From Polyangia bacterium (GTDB lineage: Bacteria > Myxococcota_A > Polyangia > Palsa-1104 > JAEUJZ01): a DNA stretch of 16,577 bases. The notes below the pieces were generated by a model, which was given only the letters and a program-made list of their open reading frames with translations, was not told the DNA's origin and ran no database searches. Positions 14,137-16,577 of this stretch are shown piece after piece. The position numbers were made by a program, and so were the translations under genes. Numbering within the stretch: the stretch's first letter is position 1; each line of letters begins with the position of its first letter. The stretch is taken from assembly GCA_041908565.1 (NCBI GenBank), contig JAYRFD010001269.1:1-16577 (forward strand). Direction: 5' to 3'.

Positions 14137-14175
14137 TTGCTCCGCGCCGCTCGCCGGCCAAGTCGTGATATAAGC
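14137..14175 (+). promoter_or_regulatory. Candidate sigma70-type promoter with an extended -10 (TGnTATAAG), upstream of the M2 peptidase gene.
   Basis: 'TGATATAAG' at 14166-14174 follows the TGnTATAAT pattern and is an unusually AT-rich hexamer for this genome. A weak -35-like 'TTGCTC' (14137-14142) gives a spacer that is too long. The motif lies about 90 nt upstream of the ATG at 14263. Confidence 0.25.
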
Positions 14176-14262
14176 CCAGGCTTTCCGTGTGGCTGTCTGC
14201 CGCCGGACTCGCTCTGCCGATCCCCGACTTAGCAATCCGTTGTTGCATCCCCAGGAGAAAGC

Positions 14263-16233
<1,971 letters not shown>

Positions 16234-16248
<15 letters not shown>

Positions 16249-16577
16249 GCGTCGCGCTGGCCGGCCTGCTGTTTGGCGGCTGTGCCAGCGCCTCGCACGG
16301 GCAGAATCGATCGATGAATTCGCCGGCCTTTGATCCCGCGCTGGTGCTGCCCATCGTGCAGTGGCCAGCAGAGCAGCCCCGACCGCTGTCGCCGACGTCA
16401 GCGACGACGACAACCACGACGTCGATGCCAGATCCGACACAGGCCACCGACCCAGTCGCGGGATCGGTAGGGCCTTCGGTTGCGCAGTCGATCGCGAATC
16501 CAAGCAGCGCGGTCTTGCGGCAGATCGCCACGCCGTGGACGCGGGCCGATGGGGATATCGCGCCGCTTCTGGCCCGC
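16234..16577 (+). CDS. Putative lipoprotein, 3'-partial, with a Thr/Pro-rich linker.
   Basis: The ATG at 16234 overlaps the last 4 codons of the M2 peptidase gene (ATGCGGCTGGTAA), which suggests translational coupling. The N-terminus 'MRLVSVALAGLLFGGCASAS' has a canonical lipobox (L-F-G-G-C). It is followed by low-complexity 'SPTSATTTTTTSMPDPTQATDP'. The frame is open to the window end and is absent from the ORF track because no stop falls inside the window. Confidence 0.5.

Overview
The window is about 68-70% GC with strong GC3 codon bias, consistent with a myxobacterial or other deltaproteobacterial chromosome. Nine protein-coding genes are supportable and no rRNA, tRNA, CRISPR array or IS element is evident. 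Left arm (+ strand): a 5'-truncated MlaE-family ABC permease, a CslA-like processive family-2 glycosyltransferase, and a class A penicillin-binding protein of the PBP1C type. These converge on a minus-strand RlmL-type THUMP/m2G 23S rRNA methyltransferase. Right arm (all + strand): a 974-aa homolog of the eukaryotic major vault protein (MVP), recognisable from N-terminal MVP repeats, the shoulder domain and the coiled-coil cap-helix. It is followed by a 1257-aa PknK-like Ser/Thr kinase fused to an AAA16/STAND NTPase and TPR repeats, a small lipoprotein, an M2-family (angiotensin-converting-enzyme-like) zinc dipeptidyl-carboxypeptidase, and a 3'-truncated Thr/Pro-rich lipoprotein. Other observations: a Pro-rich insertion inside the MVP homolog, an 18-bp tandem repeat built round the 10-bp palindrome TCTGCGCAGA between MVP and the kinase, two AT-rich rare-codon patches inside the kinase TPR region, a (RACGCC)n hexanucleotide repeat, and palindromic elements at the convergent pbpC/rlmL junction. 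The long antisense ORFs in the six-frame track are treated as high-GC ghost ORFs.
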